Source: a virus (Duplodnaviria; Caudoviricetes). Taken from it: DNA of 61,315 bases. This document shows, in pieces, positions 9,081 to 16,505 of the stretch (position 1 is the first letter of the stretch; each line of letters opens with the position of its first letter). Location of the stretch: positions 1 through 61,315 of IMG/VR virus record IMGVR_UViG_3300020020_000031; one strand, written 5' to 3'. A model generated the notes under the pieces. The model ran no database searches. It had not been told where the DNA came from and worked only from the letters and a program-made list of their open reading frames with translations. Position numbers and translations under genes: made by a program.

Positions 9081-9702
9081 GGACGTGTATGAGACTATCC
9101 GGGAGGACATCCGCTGGGATCATCTACGCCAGCCCGGAATCGTCCTGGTGAAAGGACGAGGTCAGGACGTTCCCGGATTGTGCCGAGCCATGATCGTAGG
9201 CGAAGCGCCCGGAGCCACGGAGAACACGCGGCGCCGACCGTTTTGCGGTCCCTCCGGACGAGTCCTGGATCAATTGATGGCGGTTGCCGGTCTGTATCCG
9301 GACGAGTACGATTGTAGCGACGAGGCTATTATTGCGACTTGCGCCGCCAATTGCTTCATCACCAACGTTGTCAAGTATCGCCCGCCCGGTAACCGGACGC
9401 CAAGGCCGGATGAGATTGCATGGGGGGCCGAAGCGCTACGGAAGGAATGGACCATGCTCGGCCGTCCGCGCCTCCTTGTAGCCGTGGGCGCTACGGCAAG
9501 AGCGGCCTTGGTTCCTAAGATGTTCGGGACCGTAGCGCCAGGCAAGGTGGTGGATCTAGGCTCTCAGGTAGGAGAGGGACCGTTCGTGTGGGTTCATTAC
9601 CATCCCGGTTGGGGGCTTCGTCAAGGGGACTCCGCTCGCCGGACAATGGAGCGCCAATGGGAGGAGATGGGTGCGTGGATGACTCGGATGCTCTATACCT
9701 AG
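9052..9702 (+). CDS. Uracil-DNA glycosylase family 4-like protein
   Basis: MIVGEAPG..E....PFCGPSG..L, ITNVVKYRPPGNRTP, AVGATA, YHP. Confidence 0.9.
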   Translation: MGSPQALGLEDVYETIREDIRWDHLRQPGIVLVKGRGQDVPGLCRAMIVGEAPGATENTRRRPFCGPSGRVLDQLMAVAGLYPDEYDCSDEAIIATCAANCFITNVVKYRPPGNRTPRPDEIAWGAEALRKEWTMLGRPRLLVAVGATARAALVPKMFGTVAPGKVVDLGSQVGEGPFVWVHYHPGWGLRQGDSARRTMERQWEEMGAWMTRMLYT

Positions 9703-10088
9703 AGTTTGCACGGAAGATAGGTGTTGCCAACGGTACGTGCTCTCGCCGGAATGTAGGCGCGGTCCTGGTGGCTGGAGGCCGAGTCCGGGAAACTGGTTGG
9801 AATGGGATGGAGCGTTCCTTAGACGCGCCAACCTGCATGATCGGCGCTTGCCCCCGTGGAATGCTATCTCTAGAGGAGCAGCCACGCGGTAGCGGATACT
9901 CCAACTGCATATATCTTCACGCAGAGTACAATGCGTTGGAGAACTACCGACTATCGGCCAATATCCGTAACCAGAAGGGTTGGGCTACGGGAATCCGTGT
10001 ATATACATCATCCAATCCTTGCCAAGATTGCTGCAAGTATTCCGAATGGGCAGGATCGATGCTAGTGTGGGATCCGGAGGGGTTATGA
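9675..10088 (+). CDS. dCMP deaminase-like protein
   Basis: CSRRNVGAVL, TGWNG, HAEYNA, PCQDC. Confidence 0.88.
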   Translation: MDDSDALYLEFARKIGVANGTCSRRNVGAVLVAGGRVRETGWNGMERSLDAPTCMIGACPRGMLSLEEQPRGSGYSNCIYLHAEYNALENYRLSANIRNQKGWATGIRVYTSSNPCQDCCKYSEWAGSMLVWDPEGL

Positions 10089-10432
10089 AGGTCTATATCG
10101 CCGGTCCCATTACCGGATACGAGGATGGCAACCGTGCAGCCTTTCGTAAGGCGGAGGCTGAGCTGATCCTGAAGGGTCACGTTCCCGTAAACCCTCACAC
10201 CGTCAAGCCTCAGCACGACGACGATTGCTATGCCAGGAAGATTGGCAGGCACTCCGCTTTGGTGGATGGGCACCACAGCGAGCATTCTTATGCCTGCCAT
10301 CTCCGGGCGGACATCATCGCTCTCCTCGACTGCGAGGCGATTACGATGTTGCCGGAGTGGACGATCTCTCGTGGCGCTACTGCCGAGTTTGCCGTAGCTA
10401 ATGCTATGGGGATGGAGGTGATTGACCTATGA
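10085..10432 (+). CDS. DUF4406 / nucleoside deoxyribosyltransferase-like protein
   Basis: KVYIAGPITG..N...F, VNP, DI..L..C, LPEW..SRGA.AE. Confidence 0.85.
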   Translation: MKVYIAGPITGYEDGNRAAFRKAEAELILKGHVPVNPHTVKPQHDDDCYARKIGRHSALVDGHHSEHSYACHLRADIIALLDCEAITMLPEWTISRGATAEFAVANAMGMEVIDL

Positions 10433-10608
10433 AGATCATACGGCACAACAGGAACCTTTTGGTCGAGCCGGGATTCCATTGGCTCCATTCCGGCAATGGA
10501 GGCTCTGCGGTCCTCAAGACCGACGTCTCCTGGCGCAACATATCCGGAATCATCATCGCCACGGAGTCTTCGGTGATGTTCGTCTACTTCAGACGGTCCC
10601 CAAGGTGA
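10429..10608 (+). CDS. Small hypothetical protein (59 aa)
   Basis: ATGA and GTGA overlaps with both neighbours; below the ORF-track size cutoff. Confidence 0.5.
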   Translation: MKIIRHNRNLLVEPGFHWLHSGNGGSAVLKTDVSWRNISGIIIATESSVMFVYFRRSPR

Positions 10609-11513
10609 GAACGCCTAGCCTACATCACCATTCAACGTTCAGCTATATGGACGGCTTCGGGACTCCGGCCCAACACGTGGAACGCGCGGTGGAGTTGGAA
10701 ATGTGGGCTCTAGCTTTCACGGAGCACGGCAATGTTAGTTCCCACGTAGGGCTGGAGAAAGCTGCATTAGCGGCGGGGATCAAACCGATCTTTGGCCTTG
10801 AGGCGTATACCCACCCGGACCCGGATTCGCAATTAAAGTTCCACCTAACCCTCTTGGCGATGGACCAGACCGGCTACTCCAACCTCAACCGCGTGGTCAC
10901 GCGCTCCTGGGCGGAAGGCTTCTACTATTACCCGACCGTATCCGGGCAAATGCTAGCCGACCATCATGAGGGTTTGATCGTCCTCTCAGGATGCTCGGAC
11001 TCGCTGCTGGCCTGTAGTCTCCTTGGCGGGAAGGACATCCCTGCTAGCTTCGCCGGATTTCATAGGGCCAAGCGGTTGGCCGCTAACTTTCGCGCTCTGT
11101 TCGGGGATCGGTATTATTTGGAAGTGCAAGCATTCCCGATGTTTGATCGCGCAAAGCAGATTGCGCAAGCGTATTGGAGAATAGCCGAGCAACTCCATAT
11201 TCATATAGTGGTGACATTCGACGTCCATACGCTCCGGCCCGGTCAAGGCGAGATGCGGGCGCTCCTCCACGCGGCCGGACGTGGGACCAATACTATCGCC
11301 AAGCAACTCTCCTCCTGGGAGTATGATGTGCCGGACTCTCCGCCCCTCAGCGACGCCTACGCCATGAAGATGTTGCGGGAGTTGGGTTTCAGCAAGATGA
11401 AGGCAAGCTACATCATGGCACAGACCGCCATCGTAGCGGAGCGTTGCAATGTTACGCTCCCCAAGGCAAACAGATTCCGTTACAAGGGAACAGAGGCCAG
11501 CCTGACATGGTAA
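10605..11513 (+). CDS. dnaE: DNA polymerase III alpha, stand-alone PHP domain (split DnaE, N part)
   Basis: SLHHHSTFSYMDG, FTEHGN, KPIFGLEAY, HLTLLA...GYSNL, LSGC, YYLEVQ, DVH. Confidence 0.9.
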   Translation: MRTPSLHHHSTFSYMDGFGTPAQHVERAVELEMWALAFTEHGNVSSHVGLEKAALAAGIKPIFGLEAYTHPDPDSQLKFHLTLLAMDQTGYSNLNRVVTRSWAEGFYYYPTVSGQMLADHHEGLIVLSGCSDSLLACSLLGGKDIPASFAGFHRAKRLAANFRALFGDRYYLEVQAFPMFDRAKQIAQAYWRIAEQLHIHIVVTFDVHTLRPGQGEMRALLHAAGRGTNTIAKQLSSWEYDVPDSPPLSDAYAMKMLRELGFSKMKASYIMAQTAIVAERCNVTLPKANRFRYKGTEASLTW

Positions 11514-12043
11514 CCATTCAAGACCTATTCCTGTGGGGAATGGACCGGGTAGTCCCGCAGTTACTGACTCCGCCGAAGGGAGTACAGATCAATCTGGGTC
11601 CGGGTAACGTCAAGAACATTCCAAATACGGTCGGGGTCGGTAGGTTGCACGAACTGAAGACGGAGATCGAGTGGGAGTTCCCGGAGCCGATCCCATTTGA
11701 AGATGGAACCGTCTCGGCCGTGCACGCCTATCACTTCATGGAGCACTTCTCCGGAGAGGATTGTCTGAAGATCCTGAGGGAGATGCAGCGAGTTCTCATC
11801 CCGGGCGGAGTTGCTTTCATCTGTACTCCGTATCCGGATACTCCGGGGTACTGGCGCGCTCTAGACCATAAGAGCGCTTGGTGCGAGGAGACTTGGAACT
11901 GGGTCTTCGAAAACCCATACTACGACGGAGGCGCTGAAGTACCATGGGAACTACGGCTACACGCTTGCTTCATCATGGGAATAGTAGAGCGCAACCGGGC
12001 GCTATTCTCTCAGCTGATCAAGAAGCATTCCTGGACCCGGTAG
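11507..12043 (+). CDS. Class I SAM-dependent methyltransferase
   Basis: INLGPG, IPFEDGTV..V.AYHFMEH, LREMQRVLIPGG. Confidence 0.85.
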   Translation: MVTIQDLFLWGMDRVVPQLLTPPKGVQINLGPGNVKNIPNTVGVGRLHELKTEIEWEFPEPIPFEDGTVSAVHAYHFMEHFSGEDCLKILREMQRVLIPGGVAFICTPYPDTPGYWRALDHKSAWCEETWNWVFENPYYDGGAEVPWELRLHACFIMGIVERNRALFSQLIKKHSWTR

Positions 12044-14259
12044 AGATCCTGTGGGCCTGGCTCCGAGAGGGATGGCGGTACCGCCTCCGGCAGGGGAACA
12101 CCCGCCTCAAGACCCACCAGCCGGAGTACCTGGAGCAATTGCAACAAGAGACCGAGCTAGTTATATCCAAGGACTTCGCCAGCTACTTCTTGCTGGTGTC
12201 GGATATTGTCCGCTGGGCAAAGGACCACGGGATTGCGGTCGGTCCCGGTCGCGGTAGCTCTGCGGCTAGCCTTGACTGTTATCTACTTCGCATTACCGAG
12301 CCAGATCCTCTAATGTTCCCATTGACAGACTTCACCCGCTTCATAGACCCCACCCGCGTGGATCTCCCGGACATAGACGTTGACTTTGATGACGTGCGCC
12401 GCCATGAGGTCCGGGAGTACGCGGTATCGCGGTGGGGCGAGGAGAGCGTTGCCAACATCGGAACCTTTACCAAATACAAAGGCAGGAACTCCATCACGGA
12501 CGTTGGGCGAGTATACGCGATCCCGCCCGGGCCGTTGGCAGTGGTCAAGGGAATGATCATCGAGCGCTCGGGCGGAGACTCTCGTGCGGACGCTAGTCTT
12601 GAGGACACCTTTGCTAGCTTCCCTCCGGCGGCGGAAGTCCTGGCGCTATACCCCAAGCTACAGATGGCGGTTGAGCTTGAGGGTAACTACCGGGGTATGA
12701 GTACCCATGCGGCCGGCTTGGTGATCTCCGATACGCCTATTGCTGACGTATGTGCGATGTACTCTCGTCTGGTTCATGGCCGACCAATTGCGGCCGTAGC
12801 AGTCGACAAGAAAGATGCTGAGTACCTGGGATTGATGAAGATTGATGTCCTGGGACTGACCACCATGGGCGAGATCGCAGAGATGTTGCAGCTGACCGGG
12901 ATGACGCTGGAGGAGTTGTACGCGCTCCCGTTTGACGATGAGCTTACGTTTGCCGCGTTCCAACGGGCGGACGTCATAGGCATATTCCAGTTCGAGGGGC
13001 GCGCTACCCGCCTGGTTTGCCGGGAGGTCAAGCCGGAGGACATCTATGAACTCATTCACGTCAACGCGCTCTCTCGCCCAGGTCCGTTGTTCTCCGGAAC
13101 GACTACCGAGTTCATTAACATCAAGCGCGGACTTATGGAGATCCCTCTGATCCATCCCATCCTGGATCGGATAGCGGCTCCCACGCGCGGACAGATCATC
13201 TATCAAGAGCAAGTGCTGCATTCCTTGGCGGAGTTTGGTGGATTGCCGGTCCAGCGGGTCCATGATATCCGGAAGATCATCAGCCAGAAACTGGGAGAGG
13301 CGCAGTTCAATGCCTCCTCGGAAAACTTCATAACTGGTGCAATGGAACGGAACAACGTCTCGCGCGAGGTAGCCTTCAAGGTTTGGGAGCGTGTTGTGAC
13401 CTCCGCCTCCTATGCGTTCGTCTATAGCCACTCGCTCTCGTACAGCATCATCGGGTATTGGTGTCAATGGTTCAAGCAGCATTACCCTACGGAGTTCTAC
13501 CAAGTCAAACTGGGGCGGACCTCGGACAATCAGCGACCCATACTAGTGAGGGATGCAGAACGGCACGGAGTCCGGGTCAAAGGGGTGACGCTAGGCAAGA
13601 GCGCTATTGGTTGGACGTCTCCGCGGAACGGCGAGCTAGTGGCGGGTTATGAGACCCTACCCGGAGTAGGGCCGGTCGTGGCCGCCAAGATATCCAAGAC
13701 GGAGGCGGAGCGCGGCGGATTCACTCAGGTGGAGGAGTTGTTGACGGTCCCTGGTATTGGACCCAAGACCTTGGAGAAGATGCGGCCACTTGTGAACGTG
13801 GAGGACCCATTCGGACTCCGACGCCTTGAGGAGGATATGGGCCGCGTACGCAAATGGATCCCTACGGCCGGACTGCCTACCCCGACGCATGTCTCTGATG
13901 AGCTACTGGACGTTAGTGAAATGGAGACGGTATTTCTGGGATTTGTGTTGGAGCGGAACTACCAAGACTATGTGGAGAACAAGAGAGCGCGCTACGGGAC
14001 GGAGGTCGCCGACATCATCAAGGAGATGCGGCGCCCGGACCTCAAGACGAGCGTGGTCCTACGCTGCGTAGACGATGGAGATGAAGATGTGTACGTACGG
14101 ATCAACCGCTACGATTTCCCAAATCTCAAGAGCCGTATAGACGGCATAGTGGTGGGTCGGGACATGGTCCTCGTCCGAGGTCGCAAGAGCGATAAGGTGG
14201 CAGCATTCGGAATCTCTGTGCAGACGAAGTGGCTGGTTCCCATTGATCCCAACGATTAA
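11944..14259 (+). CDS. dnaE: DNA polymerase III alpha catalytic core (split DnaE, C part); start codon uncertain
   Basis: FASYFL, GPGRGSSAAS, PDIDVDF, HAAG, KIDVLGL, GIFQFE, RPGP, YQEQV, HhH motifs and C-terminal OB fold. Confidence 0.93.
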   Translation: MGTTATRLLHHGNSRAQPGAILSADQEAFLDPVEILWAWLREGWRYRLRQGNTRLKTHQPEYLEQLQQETELVISKDFASYFLLVSDIVRWAKDHGIAVGPGRGSSAASLDCYLLRITEPDPLMFPLTDFTRFIDPTRVDLPDIDVDFDDVRRHEVREYAVSRWGEESVANIGTFTKYKGRNSITDVGRVYAIPPGPLAVVKGMIIERSGGDSRADASLEDTFASFPPAAEVLALYPKLQMAVELEGNYRGMSTHAAGLVISDTPIADVCAMYSRLVHGRPIAAVAVDKKDAEYLGLMKIDVLGLTTMGEIAEMLQLTGMTLEELYALPFDDELTFAAFQRADVIGIFQFEGRATRLVCREVKPEDIYELIHVNALSRPGPLFSGTTTEFINIKRGLMEIPLIHPILDRIAAPTRGQIIYQEQVLHSLAEFGGLPVQRVHDIRKIISQKLGEAQFNASSENFITGAMERNNVSREVAFKVWERVVTSASYAFVYSHSLSYSIIGYWCQWFKQHYPTEFYQVKLGRTSDNQRPILVRDAERHGVRVKGVTLGKSAIGWTSPRNGELVAGYETLPGVGPVVAAKISKTEAERGGFTQVEELLTVPGIGPKTLEKMRPLVNVEDPFGLRRLEEDMGRVRKWIPTAGLPTPTHVSDELLDVSEMETVFLGFVLERNYQDYVENKRARYGTEVADIIKEMRRPDLKTSVVLRCVDDGDEDVYVRINRYDFPNLKSRIDGIVVGRDMVLVRGRKSDKVAAFGISVQTKWLVPIDPND

Positions 14260-14279
14260 AAGAATCTTGCCTAGTACAC

Positions 14280-14308
14280 TAGCCCCACCGCCCGGTATCG
14301 GAGAGAAT
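14280..14308 (+). promoter_or_regulatory. Candidate promoter upstream of the Tas operon
   Basis: TAGCCC-N17-GAGAAT; shares CTAGCCCCACC with the promoter at 3378. Confidence 0.4.
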
Positions 14309-14385
14309 CAGTTTGCTAGTCCGATTTTGCGAGGAGGGGAGAGGGATGGTCTAGGGCGAACCGGCTCAGGAACACTGATGAAAAT

Positions 14386-14420
14386 TACAGGAGGCGAGCC
14401 CTGGAACTCGCCTCCTGTTT
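14386..14420. terminator. Hairpin (terminator or leader structure)
   Basis: ACAGGAGGCGAG / CTCGCCTCCTGT perfect 12-bp stem. Confidence 0.65.
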
Positions 14421-14456
14421 GCTGGAAAACTGACGAAGATCCTTTAAGGAGAAACG

Positions 14457-14825
14457 GTGGCTCCGGGAGATGCGGTGGAGGAAATGAAGCGTGCCCTACA
14501 GGGAGATCCGGATCTGCTGCCCGTATTCCGGGCGGGCGAGAATCTTACCATTCAACGCGATGTCAAGGGACAGAACGTCCTGATGGTGGTGGAGGCGCGT
14601 GACCCTTGCTCCCTCGGCCCGCATATGATGCTCCTTCGCGCTACCATGAAGACGTGGGGCGTATCGTCCTATGCAGACGGACGGGTGGCCGCGCAACGAG
14701 ATTCGATCGACCGCCTACTGAAGGAACGGGAGCAAGTCCTGAAACTTGCAATCAAGTACGGGGCGACGGAGATCATCGATCTTCTAACCGCGCCAAGAGA
14801 GGGAGCCGAAAGTGAGCAACTTTGA
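14457..14825 (+). CDS. Hypothetical protein
   Basis: AAGGAG RBS; C-terminal coiled coil. Confidence 0.65.
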   Translation: MAPGDAVEEMKRALQGDPDLLPVFRAGENLTIQRDVKGQNVLMVVEARDPCSLGPHMMLLRATMKTWGVSSYADGRVAAQRDSIDRLLKEREQVLKLAIKYGATEIIDLLTAPREGAESEQL

Positions 14826-15291
14826 CCTGCAACAGCTAGTAAAAGATGTACTGGAGAATTCGGAACTGAACGATCCGCGCGATATCGCAGCCGAGGTGTC
14901 TCGACAAACTCCATCCAAGGTTCTCCGTGAGGCTTATGAGATTGCGCTGGTGGACTACGTACGGAACGTCAGTATCAACAATACCCGATCTAACCCGATC
15001 ATTCGTGGAAGGACCCCGCGAATCAAGACGGGCTCCGCCAAGCGGATTGGGATTCGCGACTGGTGGCAGCGAGCGATGCGGGATCGGGTCTATATCGACT
15101 CCAACCAGAAGATCTGGAAGCCTCTTGGGGATTGCGGCTTTGATGACCTAATGCTGGCTGCCGACAGCCGGCGTGCCAAGGCCGATGCAATCAACGCCAA
15201 GGCTGATCAATTCGAGCGACTTGCGAATCTACTCAAAGAGTATGGTGTGGATTGCGTCTCCGAGCTTCCTCGTGAGGCCATCGATGCCTAA
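14812..15291 (+). CDS. Conserved-looking hypothetical protein, candidate Tas partner
   Basis: AGAGAGGGAG RBS; its stop overlaps the Tas start; SAK..GIRDWW and WK.LGDC..DDL motifs. Confidence 0.75.
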   Translation: MSNFDLQQLVKDVLENSELNDPRDIAAEVSRQTPSKVLREAYEIALVDYVRNVSINNTRSNPIIRGRTPRIKTGSAKRIGIRDWWQRAMRDRVYIDSNQKIWKPLGDCGFDDLMLAADSRRAKADAINAKADQFERLANLLKEYGVDCVSELPREAIDA

Positions 15292-16402
15292 GAAGACTCC
15301 TGGCCGGGCCAATAACGGCCCGATGCCCATACGCGCCTCGCCCGGCCAGGGCAAGACTCTCGGGAAGACCACAACCCCAACTACAACCATAGCCAATTCG
15401 CCTTCCCGGGACAAGACTCCACGTCAGGCCAGCGAGCATCCGAAGCCCATGGGCGGCTCGCCTGACGTGGACCTATTCGAACCCACTCTAGCCCTGTCCG
15501 CTGATGTTCTGGATGACCTGGAGCAAACCAGGATCGCTAACGAGAATCGGCTCCGCCAGCTTGTTCGATCTGAGGCCGACAGCGACGGAGAGGAGCGCGG
15601 CTTTGGACTGGATGACACCAATCCTGTCGTGGCCGCACTCCAGAAGATGATTGCTGGACTCTTCGAGATTGAGGGGAAAGCTGTACTCAATCTTGAGAAG
15701 GTGATGAAAGCGCACCCTCTCGGGGAGTGGCAGAGAGCGCAGCACGGAATTGGCGCTAAACAATGCGCACGCCTTATAGCCGCTATCGGGGACCCATACA
15801 TCAGACCGGCATACGCGATCGAGAACGAAGACGGGACTGTTACGGAGGTCCCAGCCGCTCCGCGTACCGTGTCGCAACTTTGGGCCTATTCCGGCTATCA
15901 CACACTCCCCATCGGCCAGGCGCGAGACGATACCCATATAATAGTCGCCGATGGGGGCAAACTCCCGACCAGCAGCCATCTTACCTTCGAAACCCACAAG
16001 GGCACCGCTGCTGTTCGGGGCAAGTCCGGCAACCGGAGCCAGAGTCCCTCCGATCCCCATCCACCATTCGCTTCGGTTGCCGCAAAACGTAAGAAAGGCG
16101 AACGCGCCAATTGGTCCGCTGACGCCAAGATGCGTGCATTCCTTATTGCAGAGAAAACGGTTCAGCTAGGAAAGGCGGTCGACAGCCCGTACTATGAGGC
16201 GTATGCAAAGCGCAAGGCTAACACAGAAGGTCGGACCCATGTTGCGCCTTGTGTCCGTTGCGGGCCTAGTGGGAAGCCTGCCTTGAAAGGTTCCGTATGG
16301 TCGGACGGTCACCGCCACGCCGACGCGCTCCGTATTGTTGCCAAGGAGATCCTGAAGGGCCTCTGGATAGAGGCGAAGAGGCTTCACGAGGAGGAGAAAT
16401 GA
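15284..16402 (+). CDS. Tas-like (TasA-type) Nop-domain protein related to the IS110 transposase C-terminus, with no nuclease domain
   Basis: Coiled coil (DDLEQTRIANENRL), HPLGEW....GIG...ARLIA.IGDP, SQLWAYSG, KRKKG...NWS, SPYYEAY..RK, H..ALR.VAKEIL..LW. No DEDD RuvC or HNH domain. Start could instead be 15449 or 15467. Confidence 0.8.
   Translation: MPKKTPGRANNGPMPIRASPGQGKTLGKTTTPTTTIANSPSRDKTPRQASEHPKPMGGSPDVDLFEPTLALSADVLDDLEQTRIANENRLRQLVRSEADSDGEERGFGLDDTNPVVAALQKMIAGLFEIEGKAVLNLEKVMKAHPLGEWQRAQHGIGAKQCARLIAAIGDPYIRPAYAIENEDGTVTEVPAAPRTVSQLWAYSGYHTLPIGQARDDTHIIVADGGKLPTSSHLTFETHKGTAAVRGKSGNRSQSPSDPHPPFASVAAKRKKGERANWSADAKMRAFLIAEKTVQLGKAVDSPYYEAYAKRKANTEGRTHVAPCVRCGPSGKPALKGSVWSDGHRHADALRIVAKEILKGLWIEAKRLHEEEK
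15293..15471 (+). ncRNA. TIGR-like guide array 1 (three stem-closed dual-spacer units, 60-nt period)
   Basis: CCA at 15309/15369/15429. Spacer pairs: ATAACGGCC+TACGCGCCT, CAACCCCAA+TAGCCAATT, GCGAGCATC+TGGGCGGCT. Central repeats CGATGCCCA/CTACAACCA/CGAAGCCCA. Linker AAGACTC. Flanking 11-12 bp stems. Confidence 0.85.
15905..16082 (+). ncRNA. TIGR-like guide array 2 (three units) embedded in frame inside the Tas coding sequence
   Basis: CCA at 15916/15976/16039. Spacer pairs: GGCGCGAGA+TATAATAGT, TCTTACCTT+CAAGGGCAC, GAGTCCCTC+TCCACCATT. Central repeats CGATACCCA/CGAAACCCA/CGATCCCCA. Flanking 10-13 bp stems. Confidence 0.85.
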
Positions 16403-16505
16403 ATCAATGGGTTGTGGCGTTCCTAATCTTCTGGTTGGGAACCGGAGCGCTTACTGTGGCGAACAACTTCGCCAACGTCCTCAAAGAAAAGAACAAGAGG
16501 CTGCG

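Noticed and set aside
11490-12060. Split intein or self-splicing intron in dnaE
   Set aside because: No intein N-terminal or C-terminal (HN-C/S/T) motifs. The intervening DNA is fully occupied by a methyltransferase ORF, with no intron-like structure seen.
15293-16082. CRISPR array
   Set aside because: Repeats are only 3-9 nt, with two 9-nt variable segments per unit, and there is no cas operon. The Cas4-like gene at 2200 belongs to the recombination module.
15284-16402. IS110 insertion sequence / active transposase
   Set aside because: There is no N-terminal DEDD RuvC domain, the catalytic-serine loop position is occupied by the array, and the gene is coupled to phage genes on both sides with no element ends.
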